A stretch of 62,680 nt of DNA, the filler included, from Choristocarpus tenellus KU-1152 (taxonomy: Eukaryota > Protista > Phaeophyceae), in the NCBI GenBank assembly GCA_964200185.2. It is 11 parts of 11 records of this genome, joined end to end, with 100 filler letters (N's around TTAATTAATTAA, not from the genome) between each part and the next. Parts side by side here need not be neighbours in the genome. Positions count along the whole stretch, not along the records: positions 41,388 to 47,878 come from CAXNAD020008014.1; positions 47,979 to 54,153 come from CAXNAD020008759.1; 9 more parts are not named here. The stretch is one strand, 5' to 3'. The notes under the pieces are model-generated. The model saw only the letters and a program-made list of their open reading frames with translations, was not told the origin of the DNA and did no database searches. The translations under genes were made by a program, and so were the position numbers. Shown here piece after piece: positions 42,230 to 53,635 of the stretch (positions are counted from its first letter, which is position 1; each line of letters begins with the position of its first letter).

Positions 42230-44295
42230 ATGCCACGTTTTCCAAAATCCTACACTGCATGAAGGACCACGAGAGAATCTGCTTACAAAGAAATGAACAA
42301 GAGGAATGCAGAAATTGGTTGCATTTACCTAGGTGCAATCAAATCAATGTACTTGGTCAGCACCGGATTTCGATCCCATGAGTTTAACGCAGAGTGAAAG
42401 TATCTTAGAGGGTACGAGTTTTGCCCTCTTTGTCCTTTTGGGGCTTGGCTTCCCATGTTTTTTTTTCAGATATTTTACTACAAAATGTTTCGGAGTAGGT
42501 AAAATGTATACATTATGAAAAGGTGTGTCCAGAACATGGATATTGACACTTTCCAACAAACACAATGGCCAAAATTATATCAAAATCTCAACATTGGATT
42601 TTGGCCCCCAAATGGACGCGACTCTAACCTCTAAGATACTTTGACTTGCAAATCTACTGGACAAGGATAGAGTTGCGTCCACGCTCAAAGACCTTGCGAG
42701 GGATCCCAAACAGGCAGTGGACCAGGTCTCGATCATCCTCAGTTCGTAGCCTTTCGCTGTGTACTTCCATTGGAAGACCACAGACGAGATAAAGGAGTAC
42801 GTGAAGGATTACGGGTTTCCGCCTGGCCTTTCCATAAATGCTCTTTTCAAGAGGTACATAATGGGTGGATTCGTGACGAAGGAGAAGACGGGGAAGAAGA
42901 GGAACCCAAAGGACTGCAACATATTTTATTGCCGTAACGGGCAGCACTGAGTAATTCTGCTCAGGATACTCAAGACCATAAAGCAGGAGGACATTCTGCC
43001 GATCAATATCAACATTCCCGAGGTTCATCGACAAGGATTGGGCCTCGGGAGTAAACCACCATCTGTAACACCGCCGTAACAAACTTGTATGGAAAATATT
43101 TCCGCAAAGCAACAGGGAGAAGGCAGATTCCATCTCTATCGGACAAGGCGTGGCTTCGAGCAGATCCCACGTCCCCAACGTGGTGGGCATCTTCTCCAGG
43201 ATGGTGTCATGGTTGCGGGTCATGAAGGACTTTCGGAGATAATTCAGAAGGGTTGAGGCCCTCATACCAGTTCTCTCTAGCAGCGAGGAAAACTGTAGCT
43301 GCCAAGATAATGGCATTTTTGAAGGAGGCATGGGTCAATACGAACTTGGAGAGTAGTTTCAACAGTGCCAGCCCTGGCACATCAGCTCAATTCTACAATG
43401 CCATCGCGTCTCTGGAGCAGGTTTGTGCGGATGAAGGTAAAGATACGACCATTAATTCTCAAATGTTTCTTCACGTCATCAATTATCAATGATTTCTCTC
43501 TTGTATTCTGTTCGACACGAACAACCGCTGAGTTGTAATCTAACGATACAACTCCTTTCGCCGACCTCATCCCTCTGCCACCAGGAACTGATGAGAATTT
43601 GAGAAAGTTCTGTGCGGTTTGTGGCAGGACCACAAGAGGAGGGATACTAACGATACAAGTGCGGTACATTTCCAAGCATGTCAGTAAGAACAATCCAGTA
43701 TGCAATATGAAGAACGCGCCGTTGATGAAATGCGGCTGCACACAGCCAATTAACCCCCCATCACACACACCGAATGAAAAAACTTATTTCCTGATGACTA
43801 GATCACAACCTCAATTTCTTTTGACTGAATATGCCCTTGCCCCGATTGCGGTGAGCCAAGTCAGCTTTGCTTTCCAGAGATGGAAGACCGACCCCGATGG
43901 GCGGTATCATATTTTTGTATGTGGAGCTGATGCCTCGATACAAATACCTACGCAGACACGGTGTGACCCAACGGTATGATGAACTCTACTCTCATCCTCA
44001 GATTATATAACATCTCTGTCTTCGTCCTCTCCTCGTCAATGTCGTATAAATCGACACACAGGGTAAGTTCGATTTCAGGGCTGTACGTACATTCACCGTG
44101 CTCTGGAATGCGAACCGTGAGGCCACCGTGGACTCCCTCAAGAACAGTGGTGGATTCAGCTGCAGCTACAGACAACTGGTAGACGGGACGAGTGTGTTGG
44201 TGTATCATCAGGCACAAAAGGGGTTGTCATTTTGTGTGTCCACTCTCAGAAAGAATGACCGTATCTCCGATCATTTTGGGATCCATCTTTGCTAA
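42230..44295 (+). pseudogene. Decayed intronless coding region of unknown function (TE- or virus-derived?)
   Basis: The frame MPRFPKSYTA*RTT...FRSHEFNA continues as NLLDKDRV...SS*PFAVYFHWK...NGQH*VILL once MITE 42392-42647 is removed; further fragments run to 44295, including a CAVC motif. Confidence 0.5.
42392..42647 (-). mobile_element. MITE family A, full length
   Basis: Both TIRs present; TSD GCA/GCA. Confidence 0.92.
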
Positions 44296-45477
44296 GTTTT
44301 ACCAGGTTCTAATGCTTTCCTAGAAATATACTGGTCATTTTTGGGGGGGAAATGCCAATTGCCGGATTGGATTCAATTCCCTGTAACAAACTGCCAACAG
44401 TTATTCATATAGATGAAGTAGGGCAAGAAATGTTTTATTGATACATATTTTCGGCATACGAAATTGTTCCTATCGGGGCATGGATTGCACCTTTCCGCTT
44501 GCATCCAATTTTGTATCTTCAGTAGACTTAATCTAAAGCAAGGTTTGTATCCGAAGTAGGACCAATCCCGATCATTGGAAAGTGAAGACAAATAAACTAC
44601 ACGACAAGGTATAATCGATTCTGATACGAGGAAACCAAAAAGGCGTGGTCGAGAACAAAGAATCTCTGTTGTTGAGTTATCTGGTTGCGAGTAGTAGATA
44701 TTCGCGTGTTCCTTGGATGTTGTCTATTCCATACTTAGTGCACAGTCCAATGTTTACGACGAGGGATCCATATTGTTCTCACACTGGGTGGCGGCTATCG
44801 CTGCCCTCACTGGTTTTGTTTTCTAGTCCTTACACCACATCATTTCCCACTGTCCGAAAACACTGTATCCTCGTCCCTCCTTGTACGTTGGTCCAGAAAC
44901 AGACCGGGATGCAGTACTTTGCACGAGTGCGCGCAGATGTCTTGGCTGTAAAAGGCCCTTCCATCCTTGGAGAGGACACTCCTCAAGGCCGTAAATGGAA
45001 CGACATTGTGGAGTCAGCTGCTGGTATATTTGCAGAGAAGGCGGCTGAAAAATTGCAAACTGACCTGCTCTCCCTGTCCTACATGGTTGGCAAAAACCTT
45101 TCCGGAAGAATGGGTAAGCCCCGGATCCGTGAGGATTCGTCATCAACCCTATGCACGGATGCATATAGCGGTACCGATCACATTGCTTCTCACTGTATCA
45201 TCCAAAGTACACAACAATTAAAACGCTCAGGAGGTGAAGTCAAGCAAGTGTAAATAAACGTTTCATGACATGATGATAAAGTGAGCAGCAATAGAGGAGC
45301 AATGAGTTTTTTGTTTTTTTGCTAGTGAACAAGAACCATCAGACCTCAAATTGATAATAGTAAAAAATGCCAAGGTGTATTGACACGCAAACCCGTTTCC
45401 CGTACTAAATGGTAAATAACACTAAGAGGTCAATTGCCTAAGATAATCCACGCCACGCATGACAATGGTACGAGAGT

Positions 45478-45613
45478 GTTTTTCACACTTACAGTGCTTA
45501 ATAGTATTCTTTACATTTGCTTAATTTCTTTAGGTCTTGTACTGACACATGTATAGTATTCGTTTGTTTCCCCCCTCACACATCTGCAAAATGTTGGAGG
45601 TCATAATAATAAT
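45478..45613 (+). mobile_element. 5'-truncated copy of the CRE-like LINE 3' UTR
   Basis: Aligns with 767-900 (TTTTCACACTTAC...CACATC(C/T)GCAAAATGT...CATAATAAT). Confidence 0.8.
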
Positions 45614-45766
45614 ATAGCGGAGGGGAAGAACACAACTCATATACACTGGCCTCAATTGTGAATGTTGCACACTTCCATACAAAAATCCCTAACAAGCTCA
45701 CCTTAAGGACCATTGTACGTGTTTTTAAATAATTTTTTCATTTTTCGAGTTCCTGTAATCCATACA

Positions 45767-46018
45767 GAGTCAAAGTATCTTAGAGGGTAGGACCGCGTCC
45801 ATTTGACCAAAATCCAATGTTGCGATTTTGATGTAATTTTGACCATCGTGTTTGTTTGTGTCAATATCCTTGTTCTGAACACACCTTTTTATAACGTATA
45901 CATTTTACCTACTCTGAAACATTTTGGAGTAGGAAAATGTCATAAAAAGATCTATGGAAAACCAAGCCCCAAATGGACAAACAGGGAAAAAGCCATACCC
46001 TCTAAGATAATTTCACTC
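45767..46018 (+). mobile_element. MITE family A, full length
   Basis: GAGTCAAAGTATCTTAGAGGGTA...TACCCTCTAAGATAATTTCACTC; flanks ACA/ATA. Confidence 0.9.
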
Positions 46019-46165
46019 ATAACAACACACACAAGATATGTGACCATTTCTGCTCCTGACATCCATTCGCCATACTGCTCTAGATTCGAGGCGTGCAACC
46101 TGCGTTGTCATGGCGCCAGGCAACACCACTTGTGGGGTCCATGACATGGACGATGTATGAGCCAA

Positions 46166-46422
46166 GAGTGAAAGTATCTTAGAGGGTACGAGTTTTGCCC
46201 TGTTTGTCCATTTGGGGCTTGGTTTCCCATGGGTTTTTTAATACAGTTTCCTTCTCCAAAATGTTTCGGAGCGGATAAAATATGTATGTTATTAAAAGGT
46301 GTGTCCAGAACATCGACATTGACACTTCCTAACACACACAATAGTCAAAATTACATCAAAATTGCAACATTGGACTTTGGCCCCCAAATGGACGCGGCTT
46401 TACCCTCTAGACACTTTGGCTC
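46166..46422 (-). mobile_element. MITE family A, full length
   Basis: Both TIRs present; TSD CAA/CAA. Confidence 0.92.
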
Positions 46423-47044
46423 CAAGCTGAGGGATTTGTTCAACGCTGGCTTGTCCTCCCTGCTTCTGCACCCGGAGGGGGTGGTAGTCGCTTATGCTAT
46501 GCTGGAGGGTAACCATGACCCCAAGAAAGAGAAACACTTTGCACGTGAGCTGTCCAAATTTTGTGATACATTCTGGACAGAAGAAGAGTGTGCGGAAGAA
46601 CAAGACGGGGGACTTAGCGGCACTCTCAACACGCCTGAGGGTGTCTAGGTCTCCCGTGTTCGAGTGCGTGCCGGGAGTGACGTCGGAGAGAGCGACTTGG
46701 GATCCTTTCCGAGCGGGTGGGATTCCGTGGAATCTGACATGGAAGAAACGGCAGAAACACCTGCAGGATCTCGGACGACTCCAACACATAGCGTGGAGTC
46801 AGTCCTGGATGATCAGAGCGACGACGGATCTGCAGGAAGTGGAGAGGTTGGTGTTGAACACGTCGATTCGTACTGTCGATCTCCTCGCGGTAAGAGGCAA
46901 AAGTCTTCCGGGGGTGTTGTGAGTGTTAGGGATTCCGGATCTCTACAGGGCTCAGGTTCTGAGAAACAAATCCCCACTCGCAAGGGGAAAAGAACGTTTG
47001 TGACCCCCCCAGTAACCTTGCTGGAGAATATCTTCTCTCCTGTA

Positions 47045-47228
47045 GGCTCAAAGTATCTGGGGGGGGGGGGTGGCAACTGTCCATTTGGGCCCAAATGTTT
47101 TCTGTCGCGATTTTTGGGTGATTTGGTTGCATGCGTCTGATGGATAAATGTAACTGCACTTTTCCCGGTTATGGTCCAAATGGACACCCTTGGTGTAGAC
47201 CCCCTCCCTCCCCCAGATACTTTGGATC
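47045..47228 (+). mobile_element. MITE family B, full length
   Basis: GGCTCAAAGTATCTGGGGG...CCCCCAGATACTTTGGATC; flanks GTA/ATA. Confidence 0.92.
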
Positions 47229-47693
47229 ATACGTAGCAGTGGTGAGGTATCAGCCATAAATACACCATCGGACGTGAAGGGGAGTGATGTGGACTTGGCG
47301 GACAGCGAAGACGAACTGCCAATGTCCGAGGATGGTGAGTTTAACATCGGAATGACGGATTGGTTTCTTGAGGCTTGCGCGGAGGAACTCCTCCGCTCAG
47401 CAAACCTATCCTCATCAACATACTATTGTGTGCAAACCTGTGTCTTTCAACAGGTTATTCATGACTACGGATTTAGGTTGACACGGGCTGGCAAAGCTGC
47501 AAATCTTCTTGTCCTGGACGATTACTGCTACGTGCACAAGGGAATCCTCGATGGCTTGTGCCATGGTGTGGGTAATACCAAGAGGACGCTGTGTGCGAAC
47601 GACATAGAAGCACTCTTTGCGAGAAAGCTGTGTTTCTCGGTCGTGTCAAGGCAGAACTGTGGAATGACAAGTACTCCTCCCCCCTAAGTCTTT

Positions 47694-47878
47694 GAGTGAA
47701 AGTATCTTTGAGGGTACGAGCTTGTCCATTTGGGGCTTGGCTTCCCACGTGTTTTTATGACGTGTTTCCTACTCTGAAATGTTTTGGAGTAGATAGAAAG
47801 TATATGTTATGAAAAGGTGTGTCCAGGCTCAAAGTATCTGCGAGGGGGTGGCGGCTGTCCATTTGGGGTCAATTTTTT
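47694..47878. mobile_element. MITE A (47694-47825) with nested MITE B (47826 to gap)
   Basis: The A sequence stops at GTGTCCA and is followed by GGCTCAAAGTATCTG. Confidence 0.85.
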
Positions 47879-48789
47879 NNNNNNNNNNNNNNNNNNNNNN
47901 NNNNNNNNNNNNNNNNNNNNNNTTAATTAATTAANNNNNNNNNNNNNNNNNNNNNNNNNNNNNNNNNNNNNNNNNNNNTATACCTTATACATGATGTTCA
48001 AGATAGGTTGCCTTCAGGGTATACCTTCTGTGGAATATGGCTCTTGCAATAGGAGTTTTTATTTTCTCTACCCCCTCTTACACAGCTACAACAACTATAC
48101 CTGACTCAGGAAAATGGATCTTTTTGTTTGGGACATTTCCTCCCTACTCTCACATCCAGTTGTGATAATGGGATCTTTAGAGGAAAGTAGATGATTGGTG
48201 CATTCCCCTCTTGGGAAACATATGGAAAGGAGGTGGAATTTGTGGTGGTGGGAGAGGACCTTCTGAAAATTAGTGTATTGAAGGGTTTGTATCATGGAAC
48301 AGAACTCTAAATCTTGATGTTATAAAATATTTTGTTAAGATTTAGATTGTATATTGTTATGCCATATATATTTATTATTGAAATAGTATTCATATATATT
48401 TTGTGAATGATAGAATACAGGGAGGGTTGTGAGGATAGTAGAATGGGTGTATAAGACATATTTTTTTTCATGTGTCTTCTACAAAATGTTAAGGAGGATA
48501 AAAATAGAACAATAGAATTCGTTGAAATCGAAAAATGTACGCGGAGTTTAGGTAAAAGGTATTTTCATTTGAACTGGCTATTGTTGTGCCAACGATGTAT
48601 AGTTTGGTGGTGGTAGTTGTATAAACAACATTTTACCTCCCAATCTGTAATCTGTAGGAAGCCTACCCAACCCTCAAAAGAGCTCGTTGATTGGAGACAG
48701 CTTCACTATCCATACTGGTCTTGTCAATACCGTGGCGTTCGTAGCGACATCTTGTCCTTACGCGAAGTGTTGGCATCTTCGCAGCCACA

Positions 48790-51700
48790 ATGGACCTTTG
48801 TCTTACGGTCTTAACCTTGTTAGGCTGTGTGAACTTTGTCGCTAGCTCTTCTTCGTCCTCACTCTCTGGTAAGTATACCTTTGGGTGACATTGTTATGGG
48901 CAGTAGATAGTTACAGTACCTGAGGTGTAGTTGTCAGTGAAATGAAGCACCAGTTGTAATACTTTCAAGCAATATTTTCGACGCTGGCCTGCTTTGAGTA
49001 TCTTCTCCCTTCTCTGCAAATAGAACGTGCAGCTCCACTTCAGCAACGCTGCAAAAAGTGTTCGTCTCCTTCTATTGATCCCGTCGTTGTGCTACGCTGG
49101 TGTGGTCGTATACTTTGTTTGGTATGTTCTTGATAATGACACTCTCTCATCTGGTGGTGGTGGAGTTGCAATCTCCGTACCCATTCCATGAGCAGTACAG
49201 AACATTTACCTTGTTGCCCATATCCACCTTCCTATAGCTCGATGATAGTGGATTCCGTAGGTGGACAGCACTTGAAAACGAAGGTTCCAAGAAAATCAAT
49301 TCCTATACATACCTTAAACTACGACCAAATTCAACGTGCACGCTAAAGATAGTTTCTTTTTCTGGGATGATGGCACATCTTTCCTGATCGAGTCAGGTGA
49401 GTACTGCCAGATCCTTCGAGTCGATCACGAGTTGGATTTCAGCGGGGTCTACCTCATCACTGATTCATCCCAGTGGATTGACAACAAGCCTTTGTGGTTG
49501 AAAACGGAGAAAAATTCTTGGATCTTCTTCGACGACCTGACCCTCAATCGTGTTCGGAGAAACCTCATGGGTGAAGGTGGGGGGGGAGGCACAGCATCAC
49601 ACGATTGCTAAATTTTGGTTTGCAGCTTGTACAATGGATACGTAGAAGTTACATATTGCTTGTGATTGTGTGCATCTATACATCGCTCTCTTTCCAATTT
49701 CAACTACAAACGCCTTCCAGAATTTATCCTTCAAAAAATTAAAGTGTGCATGCATGTCATGTTGGCATATACCTAGATTGTGTATTTACGTATATAATCT
49801 AATACTCTGTATAGTACATACTTCTAGGTTGTTCTCCCTGGGTGAGGTCAGGATTGTCACTTCGACTGGACGTAACATATTTCTCAGCCGTAGGAATGAA
49901 CGTTTTGAAGCCTGGCATGGACTTCTGGGCGTGGTTACCAAAAGTGAAGCTTATGTACATAAATTGGTACGTGGCTGTGCAACAGTGGGCACACACGTAC
50001 CCTCAACTTCCTCATGTCATCCATTAGGTGTTTGCTGGGCGCCACCTCACATGTGCTGTTGTTGCAAAGGGTTGTAGGTGTGCTTTTTCAAAAATTAAAA
50101 CGGCATCTCTTTTTTTTTTTTAGCTTGTTACCCATGTCTTTGTTGTCCATGTACCGCCATCGTGTGCGAGTCGAGTTAAATTTTACTTTTTTTTCTACAC
50201 CTGAAATTGGAAAAAAAAATGATACATAGATTTTTTTAAAATTTATCTAGATGTGAGGTATGCTTCGAAATTCGTTCGCAACAGTGCATTACATCCGTGC
50301 CACTATGAATGATATATGAGGAATATCTGCAAATGACCAATATATATATATAATATTTTTTTTGTCTGACCCCTTAACGAAGAGAGTTTCAGGTCCCCCG
50401 AGATCTTTTGCATTAAGATTCTTGGAAAAATTACAAAAATTAAATATACACCTGCTGCAAGTTTCTTGGTTGCACAATGCAACAAAATAAAAATAAAAAC
50501 GCTTTCAAACAATTTGTTGTAAAAATAAAATAAAATATCTATACACTTTCCAGGTGAAGAAGCATCTCGCCGAGTACGACCTACCCTGCAAGATGCTGGC
50601 AGTGCCCTATCGGAAGTGCAATCGCTGGCGTATTGTCAGACTGGGAATTGGGTGATCCAGAGTAGTGTCGCCACAGGATTTACTCAATACTACGTGAGTT
50701 CTGGGGGTGTGCTGAGAGTTAATAGGGGGAGGGGGAAGGGGGTTGGGTTTATTGAACTGCTTTGATGATGTTGGGTGTTCTTGACTCTCTTTTTTTTTGT
50801 ACACAGCAAGTAAGTACTGTCTGTCCGTCTGTAGCCAGCAGCAGCAGGTGTGGGCTGATGAATATTATTATTTTCAAAAAAAAATATAATAGCACTCTTC
50901 AATTTGTTTTTAGGGGTTAGGGTTTTTGTAGCGGTGGGCGCGGGTTGTAGCCCTTGCTCGGTTTGATGGTTTGTGTGCACTGTATATATATATATATATA
51001 TATATAGTTACTCAAAGAATAGTGTAGATTAAATTAGCTTGCTGAAGGTGTTTTGCCATACGAGTTTTCGCTCCAGAGCTCTCAGTAGCACTATGATGTA
51101 GCTCTGTGGTGCTGCGGTTGTCAACCTGTGGAGAAGGTGATACGGAGGTCGAGTGGGGTCAGTCTCAGGAACGATATTTTGGACCACCTCGGAAGTAGAA
51201 GATTTGTAGCCCACAGCAGGAAGGCATTAGTTATTCAGACACTGTTCCAAGCAAGCGGAACAGAAACTGCTGATTCCGAGGCGCCAAAGCCAACGCTTTC
51301 TCTTTAACTATGTTGTACATACACATGGGCACGATCTCCATCCTCTGGTGCAAACCTTTATCGTGCTTTTACAAAGCGGGGAGGCGTGTTGTTGTGCGAC
51401 GATGAAAAAAGGGTTTTTTTTTTTTTTTTTTTAAGATGTCTCTTGTTGTCGACATGCAGAAAGTTAAAGAAAAGTTCTGTACTTTTTATTTTTATTGTTG
51501 CCATTCAGGAACGTCATAATGCGCCTCTTTGTCGACAGCGACATTAATTTTTTTCATTTTTTTTTTTATCTGCTGCAAAATGTTTTCACACAGTAAGATT
51601 GAACGTGTTTTGTGATCTGATTTTTTTTTAGAACGGAGAGGGTTTTTTCCTTTATCACGGGGAATTTTCCAGAAATTTTTCGCTGGTCGGAAGGAAATCA

Positions 51701-53635
51701 AAAAGGTCTCTTCAGTCGTACAGATGAAAATAAAATAATAATCTCACCGGAGGATAGGCTGAAAACATGCTCTTAGGTAGGGAGTGTGACGAGAAACCAA
51801 ACTGTTTTTTACAAAAAAATTATATATATGTATGTATATGTATCTTCTTCCTACACTTTTTTTCCCTACAGATTTAAATGAACATACAAAATATTTAAAT
51901 GAATTGGTGGGAGAGTGAAAAAATATTTTATCCTTTCCAGAAAATTTCTCTGTTCCACTGCACCCTACATTATTATCATTATTATTATTTATTTATTTTT
52001 TCCTAGATTTTGAGAATAGTTACACACATTACTATTACTGTTACCTAAAATATATTGTTTTTTGTAGCACCTTGCCGCAGAAAAGAAAAAACAACTCAGA
52101 ATTAACCCTGTGACCCTATCTCACCTCACATATGTTTCCACATCGAAGACATTTCATAGTAGTTACTATTTTTATTTTTTATTGTTAGTAGTATCATTTA
52201 TTTTGAACAAAGTATATATATGCACATACACATTTCCGATCGCTTTGAAGTACAGCGAGCAGCATCATCAACAACATCGAAATGTAAACCTATACCCTAA
52301 CCCTAGCCTCACATAACCCTGTCGCCAATCCGATATCACATACGCCCAACGGCGTTTGAAATTTAGGTGTATGATTGTGCAGATTCTCCCCTTTCCATAT
52401 CGCCCACTGAATCCTGGGTGAGCTGTTCTCCTAGATCGTGCGATTCAAGAATTGAATCTCCAGTGTTCACGTGTCTAGACGGTGGCAGTGCTGGAGGGGC
52501 TACCCCGGCCCCCACCACATCGATCAACAGCACTGGGGTGTCGCAGGGGACTGGAGCGCCTTCATCAGTATCACCAACTCCTGCGCCTTTGATAAAAGTG
52601 ACGAGGTCGCCTGTTTATGGAGGTGCTGACGGTACGTATGCTTTTTGCTTTGTTTTGTTTATGAGTGGATTATTTTCTTTTTTTTTAATGTGTGTGTGTG
52701 TGTTGTATTGTATTGTTTAATATTTTTAGGTATTGGTGGATTTAAAAAAAAAAAATGCTACTGTGCGTATTGTTGGTTCAATCATTTTTTTGTTATGAGT
52801 GGATTAAAAAAAAGTGTGTGTGTGTGTGTGTATGTGTAGCTTTTTTCAGAGAGGGGTGTTAGGATTAGAGTTAGGGTTGTGCTGCTGGGTGTCTGTCTAG
52901 ATGGGATTTGAGAAGGGTAGGAGTGTGTGGAGAGTCTTGAGTCCTGACAGAAAGATAGGACAGGTTTGGAATTGCCTTCGGTGTGGATTCATTCTTTTGA
53001 GTGATGTTGAATTTTTGAGGATTTATGGTATGGTGTGTTATGGCTAGTGTGTGTGTGTGTGTGTGTGTGCCTGCTTTGTTTTAGAGTGAATTTGTTTTCA
53101 GGATGTAGTCATCGTGTCAATTGATTCTGTATCTTTTTATGTAACTGGGGAGGCGATGCAGTGCTCTTGTAAGGAATAAAAAAAAATAGTATTGAATGTG
53201 TGCATTGCTGTTGTTAGAGGGGATTGGTGCATGGTTGTGTTGGTTTATGTCTCAACCTACCTGTTTTATAGACAGCATGTAACTGTTACAATTGTTGACA
53301 ATGTAACTGGCGGATTGATCTAGAGTACCAACGGTTGGCCTCTCGGTTTCCCTTTGTAACTGTCAAGAACGTAACTGTCCAATGATTCTGATTACTATCT
53401 GATAGGGATATCTCATTTTTTCTTTGTAACTGTCAAACAATGAAACTGTCAGATGACTACGAGTACTGCACGTCAGTGGTTATCAGTCACGAATCACTGC
53501 CCATCGATGGGAGCTATGTCATCCTTGACAGTTCCTACTCAAATGACAACAAACCCATCTGGTATGCAGAAAATATCGAGTACTTCATCTATTATGATGA
53601 TGCCAATCTCCGTAGGAGCCTCCTCCTTAATACAG
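48790..53635 (+). CDS. Secreted or cell-surface modular protein with a repeated unidentified domain and TPAP linker (3' end lost in gap)
   Basis: Signal-peptide exon 48790-48868 (MDLCLTVLTLLGCVNFVAS), then exons 49024-49121 (uncertain), 49238-49283, 49349-49576, 50554-50693, 52367-52631 and 53453-53635, all phase-compatible with GT-AG ends. Confidence 0.75.

Larger units (their letters stand above)
46035..47687 (+). pseudogene. Decayed ORF of about 400 codons interrupted by two MITEs; C-terminal part weakly Ulp1/C48 protease-like
   Basis: Removing MITEs 46166-46422 and 47045-47228, each with one TSD, yields a single frame with only three TGA/TAG stops. An acidic Ser-rich linker is followed by FNIGMTDWFLE...VQTCVFQQV... 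Confidence 0.55.

Noticed and set aside
42654-43331. 225-aa minus-strand ORF
   Set aside because: Probably antisense to the decayed plus-strand frame; no recognisable domain.
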